From the NCBI GenBank assembly GCA_002315255.1, contig DCGM01000106.1:9064-63846 (forward strand): a stretch of 54,783 bases of DNA, written 5' to 3'. Within the stretch, counting starts at the first letter, position 1, and each line of letters opens with the position of its first letter. Origin of the DNA: Lachnospiraceae bacterium UBA1778 (GTDB lineage Bacteria > Bacillota > Clostridia > Lachnospirales > Lachnospiraceae). The notes beneath the pieces are model-generated. The model was given only the letters and a program-made list of their open reading frames with translations, had not been told where the DNA came from and did no database searches. Both the position numbers and the translations under genes were made by a program. Shown here piece by piece: positions 32,315-39,795 of the stretch.

Positions 32315-34039
32315 TTATTCGGATTCTTCGGTAGGTTCTTCTGTCGGTTCCTCCGTAGGTTCTTCCGTAGGCTCTTCATCCGTAGGCTCCTCAGTTTCCT
32401 CATCCGTCGGGTCCTCGGTACTATCCTCGGTGCTGTCCTCGGTGCTGTCCTCGGTTCCCTCTTCGGTTGAATCTTCCGTGGAGGCTTCGGTTGAAGCCGT
32501 ATTCCTATCATTCTCCACAACCTGCGCTGTGATCTCGATATCGTCTTCTGTCAGATCAAAATCATGTTTGAAGAACAGTAGCGAGAGACTGGTGTACGCC
32601 TGGAGGTATACCGTCAATGTTCCGTCCGTACGGTTAAGCGCCAGCGGGTCATTGTTCAGCAGGTTGAATGCATTATTCTCAAACTCATTTAAGTAAATCA
32701 GTTCGGGATTCCAGGAAATGACTACCTTCTTCGTAGCTTCGCCATCGATTAGGTTCGTCTTTAAGCTGTAGTTCACGAGGATGTTTCCGGGCGTTGTATT
32801 GATTTCAATGTCTCGGAAGAAGCTGTCTGCTCCTTCAACCTCCAGCGTGAACTGGCCGCCGATGTGGTGGTAATAAGTATCATCAGGGGCCGTTACCGCG
32901 GTAATCGTAAACCGGATCTGCTCGAGCCATCCTAAGCTCTCTCCGGATTGAGACCGGACGCAGATTTTAAACGCATGCGATATACCGCTGGCATCATTGC
33001 CTTCTAATAAGAACGGCCCGTAATAGGGGCCCTCAAACGCGTCATAGCCTTCCGTCGAAGGATTGAACACGTCGCTCGCACCGAGTTCCCGCCATTCGTC
33101 AGGCTTTAAAAACGGGGTTTCCGAGCACTCTACACCGTCCGCGTATAGCGGCTCAATCCAGATGTCATAATCTGTGTTAAACGTTCTGGTGCCCTCTGAC
33201 GCAATCTTCTCGACTGCGATCATATAGCGGATATCATGACCTTCTGTATTATAGAGGAGTTTATTTTCAAAGTTGGCAATTTCAAATTCCAGTTCGTATT
33301 GAGCACCGTTCCATCCTCGCGTCATATACTCTTTCGTATCGGCTGAAAGATAGCCGCAGGCGAAGAAGCTGGAGGTTGCGACCATGTGATCGTATTCGTT
33401 TAAATACGCCACATATTTCCCTTCCGTCATGCACGGGGCCGTCAGCACGAGGCTTGCAGCTGCGATGCATCCCATGACGCGCATGAGCGTCGGCCGTGGG
33501 AACGGGCTTCTCTCTTTCGAAAGCCGGTCGTAAATATAATTGAGAACCGGTCTTCCGAAGAAGAGGACTAAGAGGAGGACGCACATCAGGATCAATGCTT
33601 TCGTCGAGGAGAGAAGCCTTGTGGCAAATCCGAGTTTCGGGAAAACATGCACTACCTTTCCGACATATTCCGCTGCGCTGATCGGATCATCTTCTGCTTC
33701 ATTGGCAGTACCCTTCGTCACAAACCGGCTTCCTGCCTGCTTGATGATCGCGTGTGTGACGAAGCTGTCATTCCGATAGTAGGTAACGATGTCTCCGACG
33801 GCCAGCCCGTCGTAGTCCCCGCTCTTAATGAGGATCAGGTCTCCTGTCATAATCTCCGGTTCCATCGAGCCGGACTCTACGGAAAGCACCGCGTACGGAA
33901 GCCACCGGAGTTTTTCGGAAAGACCTGTTTTAGTTAAGATAATCGTTAAAATGTTGATAGCAATGAGACCGCTTAAAAGGATTGTGAGAAGTACCTTCAG
34001 GACCTTATAGGCGGTGGTCTTTAAGGTATTTCCGTTCAT
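32315..34039 (-). CDS. SipW/Sec11-type (S26B) signal peptidase I fused to a C-terminal substrate-like exported domain with an acidic tail (574 aa)
   Basis: The peptidase part has:
- an N-terminal TM (VLKVLLTILLSGLIAINILTIIL);
- a Ser box LSVESGSMEP;
- a His box VTHAII;
- TKGTANEAEDDP (SipW KGDNN..D-type box);
- a second TM ALILMCVLLLVLFF.

The fused part has a basic loop and a third hydrophobic segment MRVMGCIAAASLVLTAPCMTEG. Next come KYVAYLNEYD...FFACGYL (compare CalY/TasA TFAYFSD...TFAAGTL) and a ~350-aa domain resembling the neighbouring 557-aa protein. The tail is TEDSTEDSTEDSTEDPTDEETEEPTDEEPTEEPTEEPTEEPTEESE. The gene has an ATGA overlap with the upstream gene. Confidence 0.8.
   Translation of the reverse strand: MNGNTLKTTAYKVLKVLLTILLSGLIAINILTIILTKTGLSEKLRWLPYAVLSVESGSMEPEIMTGDLILIKSGDYDGLAVGDIVTYYRNDSFVTHAIIKQAGSRFVTKGTANEAEDDPISAAEYVGKVVHVFPKLGFATRLLSSTKALILMCVLLLVLFFGRPVLNYIYDRLSKERSPFPRPTLMRVMGCIAAASLVLTAPCMTEGKYVAYLNEYDHMVATSSFFACGYLSADTKEYMTRGWNGAQYELEFEIANFENKLLYNTEGHDIRYMIAVEKIASEGTRTFNTDYDIWIEPLYADGVECSETPFLKPDEWRELGASDVFNPSTEGYDAFEGPYYGPFLLEGNDASGISHAFKICVRSQSGESLGWLEQIRFTITAVTAPDDTYYHHIGGQFTLEVEGADSFFRDIEINTTPGNILVNYSLKTNLIDGEATKKVVISWNPELIYLNEFENNAFNLLNNDPLALNRTDGTLTVYLQAYTSLSLLFFKHDFDLTEDDIEITAQVVENDRNTASTEASTEDSTEEGTEDSTEDSTEDSTEDPTDEETEEPTDEEPTEEPTEEPTEEPTEESE
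32318..32500 (-). repeat. Tandem 12-nt-type repeats encoding the acidic Thr/Glu/Asp/Pro C-terminal tail of the peptidase fusion
   Basis: The + strand shows gtcctcggtgct x3 and (t/c)tc(c/t)tccgtagg(t/c) x4. The translation contains TEDS x3 and PTEE x4. The composition matches the giant protein's linker. Confidence 0.8.
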
Positions 34040-35709
34040 CTCTCTACTGCGCCTCCGTTCTCTTCATTGTAGAGTGCTTTCGTCCGATCGAAGTTGAAGT
34101 GCTTTTCTTCGTCGTCGGAGTAGACGCATTCGACAATCAATGTCATTTTGTTTCGGAAGGCCGCATTCTGAAGGGCTTCGTTCGTCTCATCCGCAACGAT
34201 GCGGTACAGGTTGAAGGAGTCATTCGTGTAAACGGTTTCATCGTTCTTTGTCAAGGTATTCGACAGTGTGAAGACTGCCTGGCCATCGGTTCCGGCGTGA
34301 GCATTGAAGCTGCCGCCCAGCGAAGTGTCCGCATAAGAGAGGACAATGTATAACTGGTAGCGCCGCATTTCATCTTCCAGAACCGTCGGGATTCTCGGAT
34401 CATCCGGTCCCGTCATCACTCGGTAGGTGCCATACTGTTCATCGTACAGCCGATATTCGATGAGGTCCGGCGCTTCGGTAAGCGGAAGGAATTCATCCGT
34501 GATACCGTCGTCGTCGATGTCTTCGATATCCATCCGTTCAAGCTGCATATCGAATGCATCCTGGTCGTACCAGTTTTCCTCTCCGGGGTAATCATTGAGC
34601 GGAAGCATCAGCCGTACGTGGTAGTAAATGAATTTCTGCGTCTGCCGGTTTTGGAGCGCTGTTCCGTTTGTGATTCGGAACTTGAATTCTCCTCCGGTCG
34701 CATCCGGATCATCGTCTTCGTTGTAGAACGCCCGGTAGTCGATCTTGTAATGGTATTCGTACTGCCGGTCGGCTATCTCGTCTCCGTCTTCAGAGAGGAT
34801 GACGATTCCGGTTCCGTACCGTTCCTCAATCGGGATGTCGTAAAGCGTTTCGTGGCTTTCCGGGTCCGGCATCGTGACGTCCTGTCCGTCCTCGTCCTTC
34901 AGTTCGTTTGCAGAGGTGCAGGCGAGCAGGACTTCCATGTGCTCAACTTCATTCATCCAGTAGGCGTCGTTTGCTTTGACGACGATCGGATCTCCGTTTT
35001 CGTCCGTTCCGATCGTTTTCTCGATCAGGTTGCCTGCGGTGTCGAAGATCGGCCACTCGAGAATCAGCTTATGCATGTTCAGGTGAAGGGCTTCGCCGAG
35101 AATGCTGAAGGAGGCTTCTGTCATTTCGTGGTCCTCATCGGCGAGGTGTTCCTGAATCTCGCTGCTGGAGTAGAACCGGTATTCGTAACGGATCGGGTCG
35201 CCTTCCTTCTCGGGTGCCACCGTTCCGGTCTGAACTGCCGTGTAGTAGAACCATTGGCAGATCTCTGTTTCGGTGACCGGGTCCGTCGTGATGATCTTCT
35301 GTCCCAGGGTGAAGACCAGCGGCAGGTTGTGCGTCGTCCGGATGCGGACGGAGTATCGGATTCCGATCTCCGAAGCATTGCCGTCTGACATGCCGTTCGA
35401 TACGGAGAAGGGGTAAACCCTCGCGGTGTTCCGTTCGTCGTCCTCGTCGTACTTCATACCCGGTGTGTATTCGTTCTGTGCAATCTCATCGCCGAATGCG
35501 TTGACCGTCTCTTCCTGGAGATCGTCCAGTTCGACGTCGCCTAAGAGGACGGCGTTGAAGGAGGCTGCGCTGTAGCTCGTGTAGACCGTTCTCGTCTCTG
35601 CGAACTTTGCGTAAGAGATCGAAATGAGGAGGGCAAAGATGACGAGCGCCATCGCGCCGCTAACGATCACGGAGCGCTTTAATTTCTTCAAATCGCTGAT
35701 TTTTCGCAT
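34036..35709 (-). CDS. Exported two-domain TasA/camelysin-like protein with a SipW-cognate-like signal peptide (557 aa from the preferred start)
   Basis: The preferred ATG is at 35709-35707, preceded by AAAGGAGGA plus 5 nt. The ORF-track start at 35754 lies inside a leader hairpin.
- N-terminus MRKISDLKKLKRSVIVSGAMALVIFALLISISYAKFAETRTVYTSYSAASFNAVLLGD matches the TasA/CalY-type ..(T/S)(F/Y)A.F.(D/E)......F.A..L pattern.
- There are two copies of a jellyroll-like signature: YPFSVSNGMSDGNASEIGIRYSVRIRTTHNLPL and EFKFRITNGTALQNRQTQKFIYYHVRLMLPL. Confidence 0.7.
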   Translation of the reverse strand: MRKISDLKKLKRSVIVSGAMALVIFALLISISYAKFAETRTVYTSYSAASFNAVLLGDVELDDLQEETVNAFGDEIAQNEYTPGMKYDEDDERNTARVYPFSVSNGMSDGNASEIGIRYSVRIRTTHNLPLVFTLGQKIITTDPVTETEICQWFYYTAVQTGTVAPEKEGDPIRYEYRFYSSSEIQEHLADEDHEMTEASFSILGEALHLNMHKLILEWPIFDTAGNLIEKTIGTDENGDPIVVKANDAYWMNEVEHMEVLLACTSANELKDEDGQDVTMPDPESHETLYDIPIEERYGTGIVILSEDGDEIADRQYEYHYKIDYRAFYNEDDDPDATGGEFKFRITNGTALQNRQTQKFIYYHVRLMLPLNDYPGEENWYDQDAFDMQLERMDIEDIDDDGITDEFLPLTEAPDLIEYRLYDEQYGTYRVMTGPDDPRIPTVLEDEMRRYQLYIVLSYADTSLGGSFNAHAGTDGQAVFTLSNTLTKNDETVYTNDSFNLYRIVADETNEALQNAAFRNKMTLIVECVYSDDEEKHFNFDRTKALYNEENGGAVER

Positions 35710-35754
35710 CTTTTTCCTCCTTTCACAGATTCTTAACATCTCATTTTTAGACAC

Positions 35755-35814
35755 CTTTGCGCACCATCCGGCGAGCGGATCGTGCGCAAAGTAAATAGAA
35801 CATATTGTATTATA
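35755..35814 (-). promoter_or_regulatory. Candidate promoter -10 box (TATAAT, 35814..35809) followed by a long 5' leader stem-loop (35791..35755)
   Basis: A perfect TATAAT on the minus strand sits in an AT-rich stretch, but I found no convincing -35. About 17 nt downstream starts CTTTGCGCAC-g-ATCCG-cucgc-CGGAU-g-GUGCGCAAAG (10 + 5 bp, interrupted only by single-nt bulges). This lies ~45 nt upstream of the AAAGGAGGA RBS of the 557-aa gene. It is equally compatible with a TTTGCGCAC-N19-GTGCGCAAA protein operator. Confidence 0.4.
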
Positions 35815-35910
35815 AAATAAGGCTTTTCAGCTGTTTTTTTCTAGTTTTTTCCTGCGGGGTCCGATCCGCGGTTTCTTACTCTTCGCTCGCCGCAATCCGG
35901 TCTTTTCAGA

Positions 35911-36570
35911 TTACTCTTCGCTAGCCGCTGCAGTCGTGCTTACCGGCATCAGCTGCGTCGCCCGGATGAGGAGCTTCACGTTCATCAGTCCTTCGTAGAG
36001 ATCTGGGTACTTGCCTACCTGGGTGTCGAACTCGTCCCAGGCGATCTGGTCCTCTACGGATGCTGACGGATCGACTTCCGTCATCTCGTAAACCCATTTC
36101 CAGTAGATTCGGACCATATCCATCGTCCCGTACGGGATCGAACCGGTCAATGCGGAATCCTCGTCGTTACTGAACATCTCCTGCGTGCATTCCGGATCGC
36201 GGTAGAAGTGAATCCGCTGCTGGAACTCATTGGACATCGAACTCTTATCAATGATCAGCTCGTATCGGACATCGGTGTCAGACGACTCGGCGCTTAAGTT
36301 GATCGGGATGAAGCCCTGTGTACCCGGCGCTGCGAGTTTTCCGAACTCCTCTTCTCCGCTGTTCGGATTGACCTGATAGTAGCGGAAGACGTTTACGTAG
36401 ATCGTGTCGAGCTGCGTGCTCGCATTGAATTCCCACTGTGCCGCTTCAAACTCGACTGCCGTAACAGCAACCATTTTCGTGTACCAGCCATAAGTGAAAG
36501 CGACGGCTGCGATCAGGAAAACCACAAATGAAACGAGCAAAAGGATGGCACGCTTTTTCAACTTTTTCAT
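35911..36570 (-). CDS. Small exported TasA/camelysin-like jellyroll protein with a SipW-cognate-like signal (219 aa)
   Basis: The ATG forms an ATGA overlap with the stop of the upstream peptidase gene. The RBS is AAGGGGGTG.
- N-terminus: MKKLKKRAILLLVSFVVFLIAAVAFTYGWYTKMVAVTAVEFEAAQWEF.
- Internal LAAPGTQGFIPINLSAESSDTDVRYELII (compare TasA l.PGd....f.f.N.G).
- C-terminal VRIYWKWVYE...LMNVKLLIRATQ (compare the camelysin-family ...f.f.A.Q ending). Confidence 0.7.
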   Translation of the reverse strand: MKKLKKRAILLLVSFVVFLIAAVAFTYGWYTKMVAVTAVEFEAAQWEFNASTQLDTIYVNVFRYYQVNPNSGEEEFGKLAAPGTQGFIPINLSAESSDTDVRYELIIDKSSMSNEFQQRIHFYRDPECTQEMFSNDEDSALTGSIPYGTMDMVRIYWKWVYEMTEVDPSASVEDQIAWDEFDTQVGKYPDLYEGLMNVKLLIRATQLMPVSTTAAASEE

Positions 36571-37361
36571 AGTGTACCACCCCCTTGTGTTTTTTCTGTT
36601 AAATCAAGGACATTTTCTGCATTTTTTTCAGAATTTTCCTCGTTTTTTTCTGCTTTTTCCTCGCTCTTTTCTGCTTTGAACGCAGCTGCGAGGCGAAGAA
36701 GCTCTTCCGCCTCTTCTTTCGACAGTTTCGGGCCGGTTTCTTCAGTTTCGCCGTTCTCTGCCTTCTCCTTCTCTGCCGCCTCACGATACTGGCGGGCAAA
36801 GTCCTTCGCGTAGAAGAAAATGATCAGCATGACCGGCATGACGACAGCTGAAATGAAGCCCATCGGCGTCATGACGAAGCCAATGAGTGTGCCGAGCCCG
36901 GTCAGTTCGCCGGTATGGAAAACGACCTTGCCGTAGATCTGGGCATAGGTGACGCGCGCTTCATCCGCAGTATTGTTCGCATCGCCCTTCGTGATAAAGA
37001 TCGGGTTTCCCTGCGAATCCTTACCGTCCGTGCCAATGATGCGGTGCGTGTTTGCCTGCCCTAAAATCGCAGCGTCAGAAGAGCTGAACGTGATAATGTC
37101 GTCCAGCTGATAAGACGTCTCTTTATGGACGAGCGCCGCAGAACCGGAATGGATCGTCGGTTCCATACTGCCCGTCACTACATAGAAAAACCGATAGCCG
37201 AAGATGGCAGGCTCCTGTCCGGTCGCATTCTTTACCATCAGAATCATTGAAATGCCGACGGTAATCACTAAAATGACCGTGACGAAGCCGGAGAGGATCT
37301 TTTTGATCCACTCCTTCGGCGTCAGCGTCTTCTTTTCTTTTTTACTTTTTGAACAATTCAT
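36567..37361 (-). CDS. sipW: SipW/Sec11-type (S26B) signal peptidase I with a K/E-rich C-terminal tail (264 aa from the preferred start)
   Basis: The preferred ATG at 37361 gives MNCSKSKKEKKTLTPKEWIKKILSGFVTVILVITVGISMILMV (basic region plus TM). The 45 extra codons in the ORF track overlap the upstream CDS and are Arg/Lys junk.
- Ser box VVTGSMEPT.
- His box THRIIG.
- ITKGDANNTADE.
- Second TM GFISAVVMPVMLIIFFY.
- Then ~70 aa of cytoplasmic EKEKAENGETEE...EEAEELLRLAAAFKAEKSEEKAEK. Confidence 0.85.
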   Translation of the reverse strand: MNCSKSKKEKKTLTPKEWIKKILSGFVTVILVITVGISMILMVKNATGQEPAIFGYRFFYVVTGSMEPTIHSGSAALVHKETSYQLDDIITFSSSDAAILGQANTHRIIGTDGKDSQGNPIFITKGDANNTADEARVTYAQIYGKVVFHTGELTGLGTLIGFVMTPMGFISAVVMPVMLIIFFYAKDFARQYREAAEKEKAENGETEETGPKLSKEEAEELLRLAAAFKAEKSEEKAEKNEENSEKNAENVLDLTEKTQGGGTL

Positions 37362-39771
37362 GGAATAAACCAAACCTCTTCTTCGGCGCTTCCTTTTCCG
37401 TCTTTTCGTTCTGCTTTTCCATTTCCTTCTGAGCGGCTGCCCAAACAGCGTCCGCCTCTTCCCAGTTCGCGTCAGCGCCTTCCGGGGCCTTTGCATCCGA
37501 GAGATTCAGGATGACCGGTTCTGCGTCCGCGTTTTCAAGCTTTGAAAGCTCAGAAGCATCGATCATTTCCGGCTTCTTTGCCGCATTTTCGGAATCTTCC
37601 TCCGCAGTCGGCGGTTTAATCGCTTCCTCCTGAGAAGTGCCGCCGTCCGCATCGGTTAAGACACCGAATTCGACCATGCTGTCATGGATATCGTGATTCT
37701 TCTTCGCCGCTTCCTGCGCGACCTCTAACCGGTTCTTCCGATAGAGTCCGCGGACCGGCTTGAATTCCGGATCAAGCTCCGCATCGTCGTCTCTGCCCTT
37801 CGTGACATCGACAATTACCTCGGTAGTCGGGATGACAGAATCGTTCTGCTCGAGTTTCTTCGCCTCTTCCAGCTTCCGCTGCTCTTCCTCGCGGCGCTTC
37901 CGGTCAGCTTCTTCTGCCTGCTCTAAGAGCCCGAGCGCCTGCTTTTTCGCAGTGCTTCTCGACGTCTTCGCATCGGTGCCCGCAGCTTTCTTCTTTCCGG
38001 AACCGGATTTCGTACTTCCGGACTTTTCGCCTTCCGTCTTCTTTCCGGAGGCAGTCTTTTTCGAGGAGGACTTCTTCGGTGCAGCCTTCTTCGGTGCAGC
38101 CTTTTCAGCCGGTTTTTCAGCTGATGCTTCCGCACCTTCGGTCATCTCTTCCGGCATCTCGGCCTCTGCAGGCGTTTCCTCCTTCACTTCTTCCACAGCT
38201 TTCTTCTTTATGCCGCGGACCGGCGGACGTTTTCCGGTAATCTCTTCATACCGGGCCGCCAATGTATTTTTCCGTTCTTCGAGTTCCTGAATATCGGCCT
38301 CATCGGTCGGCATCATCTCCGGCGGCATCTCATTGATCTCCCGGAGTTCCTCTAAGATACTCGTTCTTTCACGTTCAAGCTGCGCTTTCCGGATACGCTC
38401 GCGGATGACCGGACGGTCGTCCTTGATCTTCTGAAGCTCGGTACGGAAAAGCACGACGAGCGCACGTTCCTGCTGCTTCGCCTTCTCGATTTCCTTCTCT
38501 TTCCGCGCCTTTTCCTGAAGACGCTCCTGTTCCTCCAAAACCTTCTGTTTCTCGGCTTCGCGGACCTTTCTCAAGCGCTCCTTCTCGGCTTCCTTCTCGG
38601 CCTTCTCTTTCGCGGCCTTCTCTTCCTTTTCGCGCTGGCGCGTCTCTTTTTCCTTCTCGCGGACGAGGCGGAGACGTTCCTTCTCCTCCTCCTGCATGAG
38701 CTGCGCCTTTGTAATCTCCTCGACTAAGACCTTACGGATTTCGACATCCGGGAGGTCATAGTTACGGGTGATTTCTTCCACAATCTGTTTGATATACTTC
38801 GGCTTTAACTGCTTCTTCCGAGCATTTTCACGGGTGTCGACACGACGGTCTTCCTCCATCTCCAGCCGATATTTTAAGATCACGTAATCGATCATGATCG
38901 CGTGATAGATGTCGCGCGTGAACTGCTCGTCAATCTCCGGGCTCTGCTCGTAGATTTCGATCTTATAGCCGACATCAGTGTAGGTAAGGATAAAGTCCCA
39001 GAGCTTATGGCAAGCCTTAAAGTTCGGGTTCTTTGCGATTGCATTGGTACGGACAAGCGGCGGTTTGATCTTACCGAATTTCGCCATCGTCTTAACGAAA
39101 AGCGTCGTCCGGAAGTTGCCGAACAGACGATGTAATCGCGCGATACGCGAGAAAATCGTCTCATTTCGGGAGTCCGCGGAGAGGAGGTCCTCATCCTGCT
39201 GGATTCGAAGATCAATGCTGCAGGTGATATGCTCTAAGAACGAGTGCGAATCCGTCTGCATCAGAAGATGCGCGCCGTACTCCTCATTCAGAGCCGAGAA
39301 AATCGCCTCATAACGTTTATCCAAGAAGTCCCAGGTCATCTCAATCAGCGTATAGACGAACTTGTTCTCGTAGGTATTCCACGAGTCCTCCTTCGTCTTC
39401 TGCATGAGCTTGTTCGGACGGACATTCGTTTCCGTCACTTCATCAATCATGTTTCCGTGCTGCGCGAGATGCCGGATCGAGTCCGGGGTAACCTTTTTCG
39501 ACAGCGCGACATTGACGATTATCTCGTCCTGCTGGATGAAATTTCGCGGGTTTGCAATAACTTCCTGAATCGGCTTTACAGCCGCTTCAATCGCATTGAC
39601 CCACCGCTCGTCTACGGATTTCTCGACTTTCCGGTTCGAGAACTGGAAGACGTTTTTTCCGCAGCTTAACGTGTCCAGGAAGAAGCTGTAAAACTCCGTA
39701 TCCCTGAACGCGGCCATCGTGCGGCTGTCATACTTTTTGTATAAAGGTTCGATTTTCTGCGTAGTTCCCAT
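37342..39771 (-). CDS. McrC/DUF2357-like N-terminal domain protein with a long charged coiled-coil and low-complexity C-terminal half; no intact nuclease motif seen (809 aa from the preferred start)
   Basis: The preferred ATG is at 39771 (GGAGA plus 8 nt); the ORF track uses a TTG at 39786. It lies 9-24 nt downstream of the AAA+ gene.
- aa ~130-160: KEDSWNTYENKFVYTLIEMTWDFL. I remember the DTPENRF(V/L)K motif of McrC/DUF2357 proteins looking like this.
- aa ~255: HKLWDFILTY resembles the YE.W.f helix that opens the PD-(D/E)xK domain.
- No D...(D/E)xK core follows.
- From aa ~340: EKERLRLVREKEKETRQREKEEKAAKEKAEKEAEKERLRKVREAEKQK... heptad-like K/E repeats.
- Then AAPKKAAPKKSSSKKTASGKKTEGEKSGSTKSGSGKKKAAG and acidic stretches. 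Confidence 0.6.
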   Translation of the reverse strand: MGTTQKIEPLYKKYDSRTMAAFRDTEFYSFFLDTLSCGKNVFQFSNRKVEKSVDERWVNAIEAAVKPIQEVIANPRNFIQQDEIIVNVALSKKVTPDSIRHLAQHGNMIDEVTETNVRPNKLMQKTKEDSWNTYENKFVYTLIEMTWDFLDKRYEAIFSALNEEYGAHLLMQTDSHSFLEHITCSIDLRIQQDEDLLSADSRNETIFSRIARLHRLFGNFRTTLFVKTMAKFGKIKPPLVRTNAIAKNPNFKACHKLWDFILTYTDVGYKIEIYEQSPEIDEQFTRDIYHAIMIDYVILKYRLEMEEDRRVDTRENARKKQLKPKYIKQIVEEITRNYDLPDVEIRKVLVEEITKAQLMQEEEKERLRLVREKEKETRQREKEEKAAKEKAEKEAEKERLRKVREAEKQKVLEEQERLQEKARKEKEIEKAKQQERALVVLFRTELQKIKDDRPVIRERIRKAQLERERTSILEELREINEMPPEMMPTDEADIQELEERKNTLAARYEEITGKRPPVRGIKKKAVEEVKEETPAEAEMPEEMTEGAEASAEKPAEKAAPKKAAPKKSSSKKTASGKKTEGEKSGSTKSGSGKKKAAGTDAKTSRSTAKKQALGLLEQAEEADRKRREEEQRKLEEAKKLEQNDSVIPTTEVIVDVTKGRDDDAELDPEFKPVRGLYRKNRLEVAQEAAKKNHDIHDSMVEFGVLTDADGGTSQEEAIKPPTAEEDSENAAKKPEMIDASELSKLENADAEPVILNLSDAKAPEGADANWEEADAVWAAAQKEMEKQNEKTEKEAPKKRFGLFHELFKK

Positions 39772-39795
39772 TCTTACTTTCTCCAAGTAAAATCA

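Noticed and set aside
32198-32696. + strand ORFs giving SSVGSSVGSSVG... and RRFFRRLF... peptides
   Set aside because: These are antisense read-outs of the acidic TEDS/PTEE tandem repeats at the 3' end of the peptidase-fusion gene.
35876-35928. 18-nt near-duplicate of the 3' end of the 219-aa gene (ttactcttcgctCgccgc at 35876-35893 versus ttactcttcgctAgccgc at 35911-35928)
   Set aside because: It is real in the sequence but is most simply a small duplication scar downstream of the stop codon. I can attach no function to it.
37362-37496. N-terminal extensions proposed by the ORF track (36567..37496; also 35710..35754, 44826..44867, 41488..41538, 39772..39786)
   Set aside because: In each case an internal ATG has a proper GGAG-type RBS and yields a canonical N-terminus (basic region plus TM/signal). 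The extensions either overlap the upstream CDS, run through a leader hairpin or begin at TTG/GTG without an RBS.
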